Assembly (NCBI RefSeq): GCF_002113885.1
Contig: NW_018405900.1
Location: forward strand, 1,349,392 to 1,413,391
DNA: 64,000 bases
Direction of reading: 5' to 3'
Origin: Mizuhopecten yessoensis
Lineage: Eukaryota
Made by a program: the position numbers and the translations under genes. How positions within the stretch are numbered: position 1 is the stretch's first letter; every line of letters begins with the position of its first letter. Positions 50,001 to 63,725 of the stretch are shown here, one piece after another. The notes beneath the pieces were generated by a model, which had not been told where the DNA came from, ran no database searches, and saw nothing but the letters and a program-made list of their open reading frames with translations.

Positions 50001-51128
50001 TATCTGTAGTAAATATGATGTTTTATGTGTGAACATATTTGTAATTTCATCAAACATACAAGGGGACTATGCAAAAGTTATCCAATGTATATCAAGCCTG
50101 TTTTATACGACACGAAATTTAAAATAATAAAGTTTCTCATCAATGAATGAAGTCGCCAGGATCTCAATTATTTCAATCCAGCAAACAAAACATTTTTAAA
50201 ATTATTCAAATTCATTTTGGAGGACAAAGCATGTATTTGCCGCGGTATACACACCAATCACATAATAACACATACGTGTACTAGTGTGAGTGATTCACAA
50301 TATACTTTAAATTACTCATTATATACAATATTTCACGCTAAAAAATTAGACCGATGATGTCACAATTATGAAGATATACGCCCTCACACTTTTATGAGTT
50401 GATGTGTCACACTGAGCACACACGTAGGTCTGCAGTCATACGGCCAGTAAAACTACAGATGACAAGAATCACATGTCAGAGAGAAAATAAAAATGTTTTA
50501 ATGAAAACTCATTGCGAGATAGTGATGACCTTGTTCGATTGTCCATTGTTGTTCGTTAACACTGTGTCGACGGTTCACCATTGAATGTAGGAATGTTTAC
50601 GAGATGGACGTAACACACACACAGGTGACTGTAACTTGTAAATCTGGTGATAGATGTTGTATACCAAAAATGAACTACACTTCATCGTCTGCAGTTGGGT
50701 TTTAAATCCCTATATTTTATCTGATGGCGATGATTTTATTCATTTTGAAACTATCAGTCACTAATAATACTTTTGCGACGAAAGACCTAAGATGATTTAT
50801 TTGAAGAAATTCAATTTTCGCAAACATGTGATTCAATTCAGCCAATACAAATTGCTGTTACATTTCTATTTAAGGAGATACTTTGACACAAATGACCTAC
50901 CTCTTCCTTGACAGTGCCAAACTCTGGGTCCAACGCCTTGAATGAGTACCTATATAGTTGCCTGGTCTGTCGTAAATGGCTTTAAACTCTTTAGAGTGAT
51001 CTCCCCTATAGCTGACTGCTTTAGCTGCATATTATCATTAAGTGTGGCATGTGTAGCAAAATGACCTTCTGCAATAGCACTCGGACAATATATACTAGCG
51101 GAATTACTCAATGAAAGACAGAACTATC

Positions 51129-52245
51129 ACACCCCTGCAGGTGGGGGATAGGGAAAATAATACACCTGCTGTTACCCACTGCATGTACATGTATCTTAGG
51201 AGGCGATTAATGTGGGACACACACACCCCCTGCAGAATTGGGAATTTGCTTTGGTGTCCTCTATTAAGGGGGACACAAAAGCGACCAAAATAAATTTGCT
51301 GCGCCCATTGCAATATTTGGGATCTTTATCTTTCTTTCTTCTTCTAACTACCTTTTATTTCCTAGCGCCTTGTCAATATTTCCTAGCGCCTTGCTTGGCA
51401 ACACCTCACTTTTGGCTTGATGGTTGAGCGTTCGCCCAGGTGAGGAAGGTAATGGGTTCTGTCCCCAGGCCGGGACATACCAAAGTCCATATGGTAGTTG
51501 TTATTCCCTGCTTAACGTTCAACATTAAGGGGAATGGCAACAACTGGTAAACCCGTTGGCGGATTGGTTGAGTGGTTAACACTTGGGATTTCCACGCAGG
51601 CGGCCGGGGTTCGATCCCCGAAGTCGTCGCACGCATAGAATATCAGAGAAAGTGGCTTTCTCCTGCCCACACAACTCCAACAACCCAGGTGGAGTATACA
51701 ATGGTCTGGGGTGGATGTTGCGGTATCTGTGATGTAGCATTCAAGTATAAACGATGCCGTTGGAAGCACGGTCCCACTACAAACAGAACACAACTAAATC
51801 CAGCACACACGCAGGCATACACACACAGGGAGATATTAGCCAGGTGGCATAGGACTAGTAGTTAGCGCCTTATAAGGCAGCTCCTGCGAATTCCTCAAAA
51901 ATTGTATATTCTGATTGTATTAATTGTATATCTATGTACTGCTAAGCGCTTAAGAGTGGCTTATGTTAGCTAGATAGGGCGCTGTATCAAATGCTGTATA
52001 TTACTATTATTATTATTATAATGTGACCGGTCAGAATGCTGTGATGGGTGCCTTCGGCATGGTATTTCAGTGACATAACACTATATAAAGTCGGCATCAG
52101 ATCCGCGTATCACAAGGAGGCAAGTACACCAACATAGCCTGTTTCCTGCATACACACACGCAAGCACGCATACAATACACACATGGAGGTAAGTCCTTAA
52201 ATGACCTTAGCTGTTAATAGGAAGTTAAACAAAATAAAACCAAAC
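51129..52245 (+). mobile_element. SINE family A, full-length with 5' module, interrupted by a second SINE
   Basis: 5' module, head ggcttgatggttgagcgttcgccc..gggttctgtcccc, Meta-like domain, body resumes at ataatgtgaccgg (about 52017), tail aaacaaaataaaacc. Confidence 0.8.
51558..52016 (+). mobile_element. tRNA(Gly)-like headed SINE with an L2-like (ATT)n tail, nested in SINE A
   Basis: ggcggattggttgagtggttaacac..ttccacgc..ccggggttcgatccccg (A and B boxes, TCC-like loop); tail aagcgctt..ggcgctgtatcaaatgc..tattattattatt. Confidence 0.75.
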
Positions 52246-52962
52246 AGAACGATCACCCCCTGTGGTGAACACATCCTTGCATATGGCTATTGGTGTGGGA
52301 AGCTTGTATCGTGTGTTTTATCAGCTTTATCAGTCTCCTTAACCCGAGTATCGTGAGAGGACTGACGAGTACAAACATTGGTCGGAAACAAAATGCTAAT
52401 TACAGATACATATAGCGAATTGTGTATCGTCAGCGCAAAGGTCAAGATCTCAAAGCATGCTGAGACATTTTAGTGGAACATTTGAAGTCCCACACATAAC
52501 GTAATTCTTAACAAGACAATCTTTCCACCACTATGTCTTTACTGTAAAGCATTGTGGGAAGAGATTGTAGTCTGTTGATACATGTACTAGATTATGTTTG
52601 AACTTCCAGAGATTGCGTTCACTTACATTCTCTATATTTAAAATATTAAAAAAGTATTATATAAATGTTCTGTTTTTTCCATAAACTGACTTAGGAAATT
52701 GTATGTATAACCAACTGACTTGTATAAATCAGTATCCCTAAATGAGGTATACTACATTATATCGACATGAATCATATTTACAACAGAGTTCCTCGAGACA
52801 GAGACCTATAAAATAACTTCATAAATCCTAAATGTGTGTGTTGTTATTTCTTTTCTTTTAAACTTATAAATAAATGAAGTTAAGGCGGTATATGTTTGAA
52901 AGTTACACTGGAATGTATACATTTTAACATTCGTTTAATTCTGAATTATCAGAAAATGTTTA

Positions 52963-52967
<5 letters not shown>

Positions 52968-53006
<39 letters not shown>
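52968..53006. repeat. (GA)n microsatellite followed by a about 55-bp direct duplication (53004-53060 / 53137-53192)
   Basis: Directly visible. Confidence 0.85.
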
Positions 53007-53010
<4 letters not shown>

Positions 53011-54379
53011 CACAGATGCGAGGTATACGGTGTAATGAAGAGTATACCGTTAACATAAAGCGTTATTATCGAGAAGAAAAGTTACACTTGAATAATATTA
53101 TTATATACTATCAGAAATATTTATTTCAAGATATATAGATTTGCACAGATGCGAGGTATACGGTGTAATGAAGAGTATACCGTTAACATAAAGGGTACCG
53201 CAGTATCAGTTATTTTCGAAGAGAAAAGTTACGCTTGACATTTTACCTGGTGGAGTTCTCTCCCCTCTACATACAAAGACGATGATGCACATACATTTTG
53301 ATGCTGTGCATTTATGATTCACAGGCGTTAATATTGGTATAGTGAAGGCTTCTTTTCGTACATGTATTTCTATGTTGAAACGTGTAAAATGCATCCATCG
53401 AAAGCTTCAGACATGCCATCGTTTTACAGGACGTGTCGGGACTCCTCCACCACTTCTAAATGCTTTACAGGTTTTTAACTTTTTAAACTGCAAATAAAGG
53501 TTTTTAGCTGTTCGCCCACCCAGCTGGAGTCTTAACACTCTACTGTGAGTTCACTACATTCGGTAAGAAGAAGAAGGATGCTATTTTTATTGATACATAG
53601 TACTTTGTTTGAAAAGGACTTCAACGAATATATTTCACAATAGTAATAATATAATTTTAAACGTATTATTGTATTTTACCGTACATATATTTCTCGGTCG
53701 TTAGTCGGCTGCCATAGTGTCTTTTTTAAATAATAAAAAAAGTATACGAACAACGTGCCTGTTTTCGACTCATCCACTTGACCCTATACAAGGTCGGATA
53801 CTAGTCAAGACGTTATCGAGCGGAAACTCCTCCTCGTGTGTTTTATTTGGTCTCATCCTAAAGTAAATGACATGTTAAATAGCCGGCAGAGTGCGTTTAA
53901 TCAGACAGGTGAGGGTCGGTTGATTTCTGTACGAACGTGTTTGACCGGATGTTTAGACACGAACGGTGTGGAGCGGACACAAGAATTTCGAAGTTAACAT
54001 ATTTGTGGAGAGTCGGATTATGTTTTACCACGGACTTATCTAATTCCGTGGTTTTACATATGAAAGAAGGGTACTTTTTTACACTGTTATCGGTGCTTGA
54101 AGGTTGTAGTTATCTCCTAAACTAAGGGCAAAAATCAGACTCAGTCTAGACTTTAATTAGTTATTAAAAGAATCTTCGAATTGCAATAATACCTCTCCAT
54201 ATTAATAACAATACCTCGACTTATAGTCTCCTTGTACTTTTGTTGCTGTCTCCATGAAAGTCGTTCCTTTGTTAATATTTACTTGTTTTATCGATATTAA
54301 AGATGAACGTAAACATACAAACAGGTGAAAACATCTTGAACATTTGTAAATATATACAGTATGCCAAAAACGACTTACT

Positions 54380-54430
54380 CTGGACCATACAACTGTTTCG
54401 TCCTTCGTCATCGGTAATGCTAAGGGCCAG
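54380..54430 (-). ncRNA. Degenerate hammerhead motif, dispersed family copy 3
   Basis: ggcccttagcatta-CCGATGA-cgaaGGAC-GAAA-C-AGTT-G-TA-tggtcc; 5' arm of stem II deleted. Confidence 0.5.
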
Positions 54431-54587
54431 ACAGTTAGATATTAAAGTTGTTTGAGCTCGGAGTACTGTTTTTGATAACATTTTTTGTGTTTTTTATATT
54501 TCTGTTTACGTTCATTATAAAAGTGTATTTTTAGTTTGTACAACAGGTTAGAAGTACAATGAGAGCAGGCGGTTTCGACTCGTTCAT

Positions 54588-56092
54588 TTGATAAACGTTA
54601 GTGTACTATGATGAATAACGTTGGTGTACATGTACTATGATAAATAACGTTAGTATACTATGATAAATAACGTTAGTGTACTATGAGAAATAATATAATT
54701 GTACTATGATAAATAACGTTAATGTACAATGATAAATAACGTTAATGTACAATGATAAATAACGTTAGTGTACTATGATAAATAACGTTAGTGTACTATG
54801 ATAAATAACGTTAGTGTACTATGATAAATAACGTTAGTGTACTATGATAAATAACGTTAGTGTACTATGAGAAATAACGTTAGTGTACTATGATAAATAA
54901 CGTTAGTGTACTACGATAAATAACGTTAGCGTACTATGATAAACGTTAATGTACTACGATAAATAACGTTAGTGTACTATGATAAATAACGTTAGTGCAC
55001 TATGATAAATAACGTTAGTGTACTATGATGAACGTTAGTGTACTATGTGAAATAACGTAAGTGTACTGTGATAAATAACGTTAGTGTACTATGAGAAATA
55101 ACGTTAGTGTACTATGATGAACGTTAGTGTACTATGTGAAATAACGTTAGTGTACTATGATAAACACCGTTAGTGTTCTATCATAAATAACGTTAGTGTA
55201 CTACGATGAACGTTAGTGTACTATGTGAAATAACGTTAGTGTACTATGATAAACACCGTTAGTGTTCTATCATAAATAACGTTAGTGTACTACGATAATG
55301 TTAGCGTACTATGATAAACGTTAATGTACTACGATAAATAACGTTAGTGTACTATGTGAAATAACGTAAGTGTACTGTGATAAATAACGTTAGGGTACTA
55401 TGAGAAATAACGTTAGTGTTCTATGATAAATAACGTTGGTGTACTATGATAAATAACGTTAGCGTATTATGATAAATAACATTGGTGTACTATGATAAAT
55501 AACGTTAGTGTACTATGATAAATAACGTTAGTGTACTATGATAAATAACGTTAGTGTACTATGATAAATAACGTTTGTGTACTATGATAAATAACGTTAG
55601 CGTATTATGATAAATAACATTGGTGTACTGTGATAAATAACGTTGGTGTACTATGATAAATAACGTTAGTGTACTACGATAATGTTAGCGTACTATGATA
55701 AATAACATTAGTGTACTTTGAGAAATAACGTTAGTGTACTATGATAAATAACGTTAGTGTACTACGATAAATAACGTTAGCGTACTATGATAAACGTTAA
55801 TGTACTACGATAAATAACGTTAGTGTACTATGATAAATAACGTTAGTGCACTATGATAAATAACGTTAGTGTACTATGATGAACGTTAGTGTACTATGTG
55901 AAATAACGTAAGTGTACTGTGATAAATAACGTTAGTGTACTATGAGAAATAACGTTAGTGTACTATGAGAAATAACGGTAGTGTACAACGATAACGTTAG
56001 CGTACTATGATAAACAACGTTAGTGTACTATGATAAATAACATTAGTAACGTTAGTGTACTATGAGAAATAACGTTAGTGTACTATGAGATA
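54588..56092. repeat. 23-bp minisatellite (gataaataacgttagtgtactat), about 1.5 kb
   Basis: Period of 23 measured at 54781/54804; each unit carries the palindrome TAACGTTA. Confidence 0.96.
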
Positions 56093-59000
56093 TAGCTGTT
56101 TTATCTGCTGCTAATATGAAAAGTACATACATGCTTCCTAATCAAGGAACCATATTTAGAAAAGTTGTTGCATAATTGTTATTAATTAAATGAAGTTTAT
56201 CAAAAGAAGGAGATATTTAGTTATATCAACGGGTACAAAACGAAAGATTCTTTGAATATAATATTTTGGTCGCTATTTTGTCATAGCTTGTTAGCCATTA
56301 TTGTCATATTGTTAGTTCATGAAAAATATCTTGATAAATGTTTGTTTGGTCTGCTTTCAACGTCCCCAGAACAGCTAGGGTCATATGAAGATGGGTGCCT
56401 AGGTAAACAACGCCGAAAAAAGTAAGCAAGTGATAACATAAAAGATATAGATCCGGAATGTTGCAATGAGGGTAGCAGATTTATTTTTCGTTGTCAACTT
56501 ATCAAGAAAAAGAAAAAAGATTTCTAGAGAGCCTCACATTAGTCGCCTCATCCGAGAACAAATCTCTGCAAGTATCCCTTAGTATAAAATAAATGTACGA
56601 TCAATCTCGATGTGAATGTTTATAATCTCTTGATTCAACAAGTAATTATTTTGACCATCGTTCCTTTCATATACATTGATCATTTTAGGAGCGCATGTGT
56701 GCTCCCGTCCACGCCAACAGGAGAGATTAATATCATTTGAAAATGTTTGTTCCATAATTGATGAAAAGTAAATAAAGTGTGTATTTATCGTTAAAAAAAA
56801 CGGGGACAGATGGACCCACTTGCATTCATCATGAAAGATAATTGGTGAGTAGGAAATCGATAGGAGAGAGAAAAATGTAACAAGACGAGGAAATAAAACA
56901 ATACAAATAGCCTAGCCCCACAGACTTGAGCCGACACGTAGTGATCCAGAAAAAAGGTTATCTACAATGACAATACTAGTACTGGCAAGGTACATGTAGT
57001 ATTCTATCAGGACAATCATTAACAAACCATAATCATATTGTGAAACTCTTGTACTTGGCAATATATATAATTATCCTTCGCGATATGTAGCTATTCCCAG
57101 GTTTTTACCTACAGTGTATATCACATGTTGATTGCAATAACGAACCCTTTCTTGCATGTTTCTGTGATGATTTCCAATTGCTGTTAATATGAAATTAATA
57201 TATTATTTTCATCCTTTTTTTTTTGGCACATATGAGGCGATTTATGAGTAGCCCTGCAGTCTAAGGGGGTTTTCTTCTGATTTTTCTGTTTAAAAGACTA
57301 TGTTAAGGCCAAAATAGATCTGCTGGGCTAATTGCAATAGCTTGGATATATGTATTAAATGTTTTTCCCTATTCTACAACTTTTGTACATCTGTGCCTTT
57401 CTTCATACATCTACATCCACTTACCGATTTCTTACCGTGTGTCGATGGATTAGTACAATAAATCATATCTCACCATTTGATTAAAGTGCAACTGCGATGA
57501 AAAATATAGCCCGTTGTCAGTAAAGGAAGGGAAACAACTCCAACTGACTTAGCGAGTTAACAAACCTACGTTGTACGAATGTGTTATGGTTTGTTTAAAG
57601 TTTATCTTATAAACTCTCCATCAAACAGTCAAGCAACACGGAAACTGTCTGTCATCTTAGTTTATTTTATAATACTATTTATATATAATAAGCACAGTAT
57701 TTGATAAAAACGCAACTTAGGAACCTTTTGGACGCATACACGTATTTTACTATATCAACTTGTCAAGAAATAACAATATATCACATATACAGTTATCAGT
57801 TTTTACCTCCGTCTACTTTTTCTACCCTCTGCTCTATCGAAGTCCTCATTCCATTCATCATTTAATAAATGAAATCATTTTTTTTTTCAATTTTTAAATA
57901 AAATGGTGTTTTTATTTTGTTTATTAAAATATACTATCACATTTTAAAAAAATCAAGGTAACTACGTGCAGCATTGGCCTGCTCTGCCCCACTGTACGGT
58001 TGCATGCGGCGATAAATGTGTGAGCGTTCAAAGCTGTGTTCTATGTTTTTTACTGAAGAGAGGAACTACTATAAGCTAATTACTAGTGACTTTGTTTGTC
58101 TATCCTCTATAACACGTGTAAGCTATGTGTATGTAATGTTTAAATAATGGAAATAAGTTGATATATTGTTACATTTTAATTAAACAAATATATTATTTTC
58201 CGTTATTCCGAAAACGTTATTGGTTTTAACTTTCAGAAGAGCATATGCCTGAGTAGTGCGGGTCTTTGGAACCACCGTAAAGATTTAATTCCTAAACCTG
58301 CCAGGCATTGAATGATGACCCTATCGAATCGATGGCATACATTATCGCGTCTCTCTGAGGAAGTTCCTGTACGTTTTCGCGCAGAATTGCAAATCACTAC
58401 CATGCTAAAAGTCTCATCAATTGTCGCGAGCATTTGCTCTTGATCTATGATCCCGCCACAGCCAATCCTAAGGGTCTCTTCTCTTAGATTCCGTGTCTGC
58501 TGAACTCTAGCTAGCTAGCATGATGAACCATTTACGTATGTCGTGTGGATCAGTGATGTTAGTCTGTGGATAGGCGTCCGGATTTCTAGCTACCATTCAT
58601 GGTCTCTTCCGGATCGTTAACTTTGACGTCAGAGCTGTCATTCATTTAACTGGAATACAACTGATCAGAGGTCATTGTTGTCCATTTCTAAATTGACGAA
58701 CAATAGGACATTCTTCATATGGTCATTAATGGGAAAATTAGGTACGTCGAAGACCTTAACAATGATAGTTGGCAACTGTATAGTAAGTCAACCTAGTGTC
58801 GAACTTTAAAAGGGGTAGGACAAAACACTATTATATGATATCATACATGGACAAACCAATGTTTCAGGATACCTTGTTTTATTTAACAACGAGTTCGGAT
58901 AAATGATGTTGTTCAGCAGCATGCGAATATATTACATAGTGAAACGGCGGTTCACCTTGATTGTAACTAGGAAAAATGCAATGCTATGAATGTATAACAT

Positions 59001-59617
59001 AGCGTGGATAACAAGGTTGATAAGTTATAAGTAATCATGTAAATATAGCTATTCTCTATCATATGATACAGTGCTGGAATGAGTCCTTATTAGGACGATA
59101 TCAAAACACTTCATACAATTTCCCCATTACCCCCTACAGCATTCATATCGCCTACGACGGACACCTTAATGCCGCTCGATAATTAACTGACGGACTACTG
59201 GGCGCACTGTGTGCAATCTGCAGTGAAAATGAAATTAAACAAGTGTTTGTAATTCTTTGTCTAATTCAATATTACGGGGATATCTTTCATCTATAGCGCG
59301 TTTTAAAAGAAAGAGAAACAAAGCACTACAATATGTATCCAATCAGACCAAGTAATTGATTTTTGAAAGCGAGTGATTCTGCTATGCTATCGGCGGATGA
59401 ATAGTCTATGGAGACCGGAAGATCTTGCTGTTGGCTTGAGTTCATTTGTAGGACATGGACAATACGTACCCGTTCCTCCTGTGAACATCAGCACAATTTA
59501 TAAGGTCAAGTCCCAAGTGGACGGGTTTAAATCAAAGTAATTAATAAACAGAATGGAAAGCGACGGTCAAACAGGATGGCATCTTCATAACGTATATAAC
59601 CTGTCCACCAAGATTCA

Positions 59618-59830
59618 GGGGCCGAGCGGTGGACGAGTGGTTAAGGGGTCTGACTGTCTGTGACAACAAGCTCTTCCTCACCGATTCGCGGTTTCGAGGC
59701 CCACGCCAGATACATTGTACCCATTGCAGGTCGGTGATTTTTCCCCAGGTACTCCGGTATCACTCCACCAAACCCTGTCCTTAAATGACCGTTGTTATTA
59801 TTAGTACGTAAAAAAACCACCAAACTGAAT
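59618..59830 (+). mobile_element. V-domain-like tRNA SINE, complete short copy
   Basis: ggggccgagcggtggacgagtggttaagg head; gcaggtcggtgattttt.ccaggtactccggt; tail gtccttaaatgacc. Confidence 0.7.
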
Positions 59831-62039
59831 CAACCAAAATTCAACGTGATTCTTAGCACAAAGTTAGAAAGGATAAAAGGTTACTTACTGTTGTGAAAGC
59901 ATTAGTTTTCGCTTCTTTTTTCAAAACATAAGCGATATTTTCTGATGAATATTATCGAAGGTATTCTTTAAGTTTCTACCATCTTTCAACATCATTGTTT
60001 TTTATTTCTCTCAGCTCAGTATACTTACCGTGTACCAGATTTTTCTTCCATGGTGAATTTGGTGTCGATTGGCCGGTAAGTCTACCGAGCAGCCCTTTAT
60101 AACTCAGACTTCCTTAATAATAGTACTTGTATTTATCAATATAATTCTAATATACTAACTATTTTGCGTCATATTTGAAAGTTGAGTCAGGAATTATTTT
60201 TTTTTATTTTATACAGCCCTAGTACAACTTAATAATATTTGCATTTACGTGAAAAAATATTGGTATTGGTATATTTTTATTTATTTATTTTTAAATAATT
60301 CCGGTCTGCTAGAGATTGCACGAATAGTTAGTTAACTTTATAATGGTTTGGTAAACAGGTACAGAAAAGTTCATTCATGCATGTTCAAATATGAGCTACA
60401 ATTCAATAAAAACCAATCACAGAAAGTGTGTAATTACATTTGGTATATTAGCCAGCATATACATTTGTAAACTTAATGCTGTGAAAATAACGATGTCCAT
60501 TTTGGAAGATATTTTTTTTGCGAAAGACATTTTTCTCATTCCATTGTTTAAAACATGTTAAATCAATTCCTTGATACTCATGATATCAATATACACCATA
60601 CAGTTACATGTATACCTCGATAAATCTCCTATTATCTGCAATCACGCTCACCACCTTCGTAGCTCGAAATGTCCACGTTTCCTCATTTTTCTAATAGTTC
60701 TTCTTTAGGTATCACTCGATATATTGCCAATCCATATTATAATGACAATAAATTGCCTAAACGGCAGTACAACGAGGTTTCATTTTATTAAAATCCAACA
60801 ATACGAACAGGAATTGGTTGTTTGCTTGGCGTCAAATGCATATAACTTCCGGAACGAAACAATAGCATGTTGATAAGCAAGATAATGCTTCTTCAAGAGA
60901 GACAAATATATCAATGGCAGTATAACGCGGGTCAACACTTGTTTGGGTTCTGGAATGAGTTAACGATGGGATCCAATCACACATAAGTTTATTATACATT
61001 TGTATATCGGTTTCTGCTAATTTGAGACCGACTGGTGCCTGCCCTTATCATTTACCAGCACTATGAATAGCATTAGCTTACCGTTAAGGCCCGTATTTGC
61101 ATTCTGAATGAGATGATAATTGACCATGTCTTGGGAACACCGGTTATGTTTATAGCTGTATAAGCTGTCTGTAAGCAGTAAATCCTATATAAGCAGACCT
61201 AAGGGGTCGGTTTGACAGAGGGTTTCCGGATCGGGAAAATACATTGATCGGAGATGTTTATTCCTTTGGGTGCTATTTCGTTCCAGTCTGCATGCAAATG
61301 GCATGCGAAATATAACACTATAATTGTTTTGACCTGGACGCACTACAGAGTTTTGTTTTTCGCCGATAATGCATTTAATAAAAATCAATATTAAAGATAT
61401 TAAGAACAGCTTTTAAATCATTCCATTTCTCACTATTTTGAAGGTTTTATTCATTTGTGATATGGAATCGGAGATATAATGACAGCCTCACAGGCGCCCT
61501 ACGGTACCTACGGTATCAGTTATAAAGTTTACGGTTTTGGACAAAATTATTTTAACGCTTGATCACACTCTGGCAATTCATTTTTTATACAAGTGCAGAC
61601 TGGTATAGAACATAACAAAATTAGGATTGAAATTCCCTATTTGCATTTTTGGTCAAGCTCCCTGAAGACTCCCCGAATGACAGAATAAATATATTAGCAT
61701 TTATGAATAGAAATATGTTTTGACCTTTCCTTTATATATTTTGTATGAGAGTAGACATTATCAATGACATTCGACATGAACCAGCTCCTCCAGGGTGCCA
61801 AGAATTCTGCGAACATCAAGTTCAATTAAAAATCATAACAGTGCAATGTGACGAGTGATTTAAGACCCCAATCTTGTAGCTGGATAGCTGTTCGAGATTT
61901 TCACCGTAATATTTCAGTAACATCGTCGGAGCCTCTAGGACAGAATTACTTGGCCGCTCCCTGCCATGTAGGATATTTAGAAAAGAGATTGTGTCAGATG
62001 TAACCCACCGCATGATTTGTAAAACATGACTTAGGCTGT

Positions 62040-62470
62040 AATCTACTTCAGATTTGAGGGTTTCCGTTTGTGTCCTCTACTTAAGGAAACAAAAGCGAAC
62101 AAAATAATTATTTTGCAATCATTGTAACATCTGGGTTATTTAATATCCGCTTAATATCTACTACGTATGTGTTTATGATTTATTTTGGAGAACGCAACTT
62201 TTGGCCTGTGTGTCGCGAGTACATTGAAGTCCAAGTGAGGAAATGTCAGGATTCTGTCACCTGACCGGGACAAGCCATAATCCTTTTTATTTATTTTTTT
62301 AGTTCCTACTCTCTGTTTGACGGTAAGCTTTTGATAGATGTACGAAGTGATAAGGACTGGTTAGCTTCTTTTCAGTATAATGTGACCGGTTGAAGTATCT
62401 TCAGTGTGATAGCGTTTTAAAGTTAAGTTTGAGGACGCAAACAAGTACAAGTAAACCTCTAACAAACAAA
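62040..62470 (+). mobile_element. Highly degenerate SINE family A copy
   Basis: tgtcctctacttaaggaaacaaaagcgaacaaaat; gtgaggaaatg..ctgtcacctgaccgggaca; cagtataatgtgaccgg. Confidence 0.5.
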
Positions 62471-63627
62471 CCCACGTGAAACAGCTCATGTATCAAAAGG
62501 ACGCATTCGTCCGAAACATTCTGATACTTGAAATAAGGTTTGGAGCTAAACATAAACTATAATACATCTGTACGCCATTTTCACATAAAAATTAAAGAAG
62601 GCTATATGATAACATCAATGAAAGGTAAAATAATATACAACTGTACATGTCGTGCGCAAAAAAACCAAACCCATAGGTTTCTTCAATTGTCTCTGGTTTC
62701 CATTATACCTAAACATTCACTTTGCTCTGGTTATCTCATGAACAGATTCTTAAGCTTAAAAATGTGTAAGTTGATTAGATATTTTAAACCAAGGGTCTTT
62801 CTCCTGAGTCCTCTGCTTGGGGATATCGAAAAAACCAGGACTGATATGCTGCCCCCATTGCAACGCTTGTGATCTGTTTCTTTCCCTTTTTTCGCATCCC
62901 TACTCATTCCATTCGACAGTCTCTGCCTAGGTATACCCTTCTTCATTGAATCTTAGCTGTTTCGAGGAAAATAAACTCATACAAACAAAGTTAGCCGCGA
63001 CAGTTCGACGTTGTTATTCATGTAAACCAGATTATTCAAGAAGACGATTTCGTTGAATTACATTATCTAACAGCCAATACGCACATCAAAAGATACCGAA
63101 GTGCCCTTCGTAAAAAGCATCTAATAACATTAACGGGTTAAAGTTTAAGAATTAATGCAAATCACAAGTTTCGAAATGCGAGTAATTTTAGCTTAATTTA
63201 GCAGCATGTTTTGTTTTAATAAGGTATCTTTTGGAATAATACTTGTTATTTTTTGTAAGTCGGACTACTTTAGAGAAAAGAGAACAATCTGTTTTTTTGC
63301 CGACGGGCATTTTTTCTGAACAAGGGCTTTTTAACCCCAGTCTCATGTAGCAAATAAATCTCAATGATATTCCTGTTTGCTCTACCTGCAAATGACTGAA
63401 ATCTTTGAATCTGGTAAGTATAAGTACAATCGGCTTGTCAGAAAATGATAAGTAAGCAATTTTTCATTATTTATTTAATTTATATTACAGCTTTATCGCT
63501 TTTAAGTTATTTCTGAAAAACATTCTTCATGGGACATTTTATGAAAAGTATAATACTTGTTATAAATATGAAATAGGCAAAATATAATTCACAACAGTAT
63601 GTGGAGTGTAAGATTCCAGCAGGGCAA

Positions 63628-63725
63628 GACTAGGATTCGAACCCTGTACCTTAGATTGTTATACTGCCGCTCTAACCAACTGAACTACCCGCTCAACGGA
63701 AGCCGTTTGACCCAACTGTGCTGCA
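63628..63725 (-). mobile_element. tRNA-derived repeat head (not a functional tRNA)
   Basis: Reverse complement ggtagttcagttggttagagcggcag...gggttcgaatcctagtc has A and B boxes but no clean acceptor stem; related to 32110-32150. Confidence 0.5.

Noticed and set aside
51558-51632. Functional tRNA-Gly gene (also the tRNA-like stretch at 63628-63695)
   Set aside because: Stems are imperfect and the head continues into a SINE body and tail with no Pol III terminator.
52360-52392. CTGACGA...GAAAC hammerhead-like string (also about 47218)
   Set aside because: Stem II and stem I pairing and the cleavage triplet cannot be formed.
43241-56092. CRISPR-like appearance of the regular arrays (52-bp and 23-bp; also the 63-bp array)
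   Set aside because: Head-to-tail units with no unique spacers, no cas genes, and a eukaryotic intron-containing context.
58233-63391. Short ORFs at 58.2, 61.2, 61.8, 62.5-62.9 and 63.2 kb; a possible fourth FABP gene
   Set aside because: No recognisable domain motifs, no F-x-G-x-W or F-x-LG-x-E exon, and no consistent splice chain.
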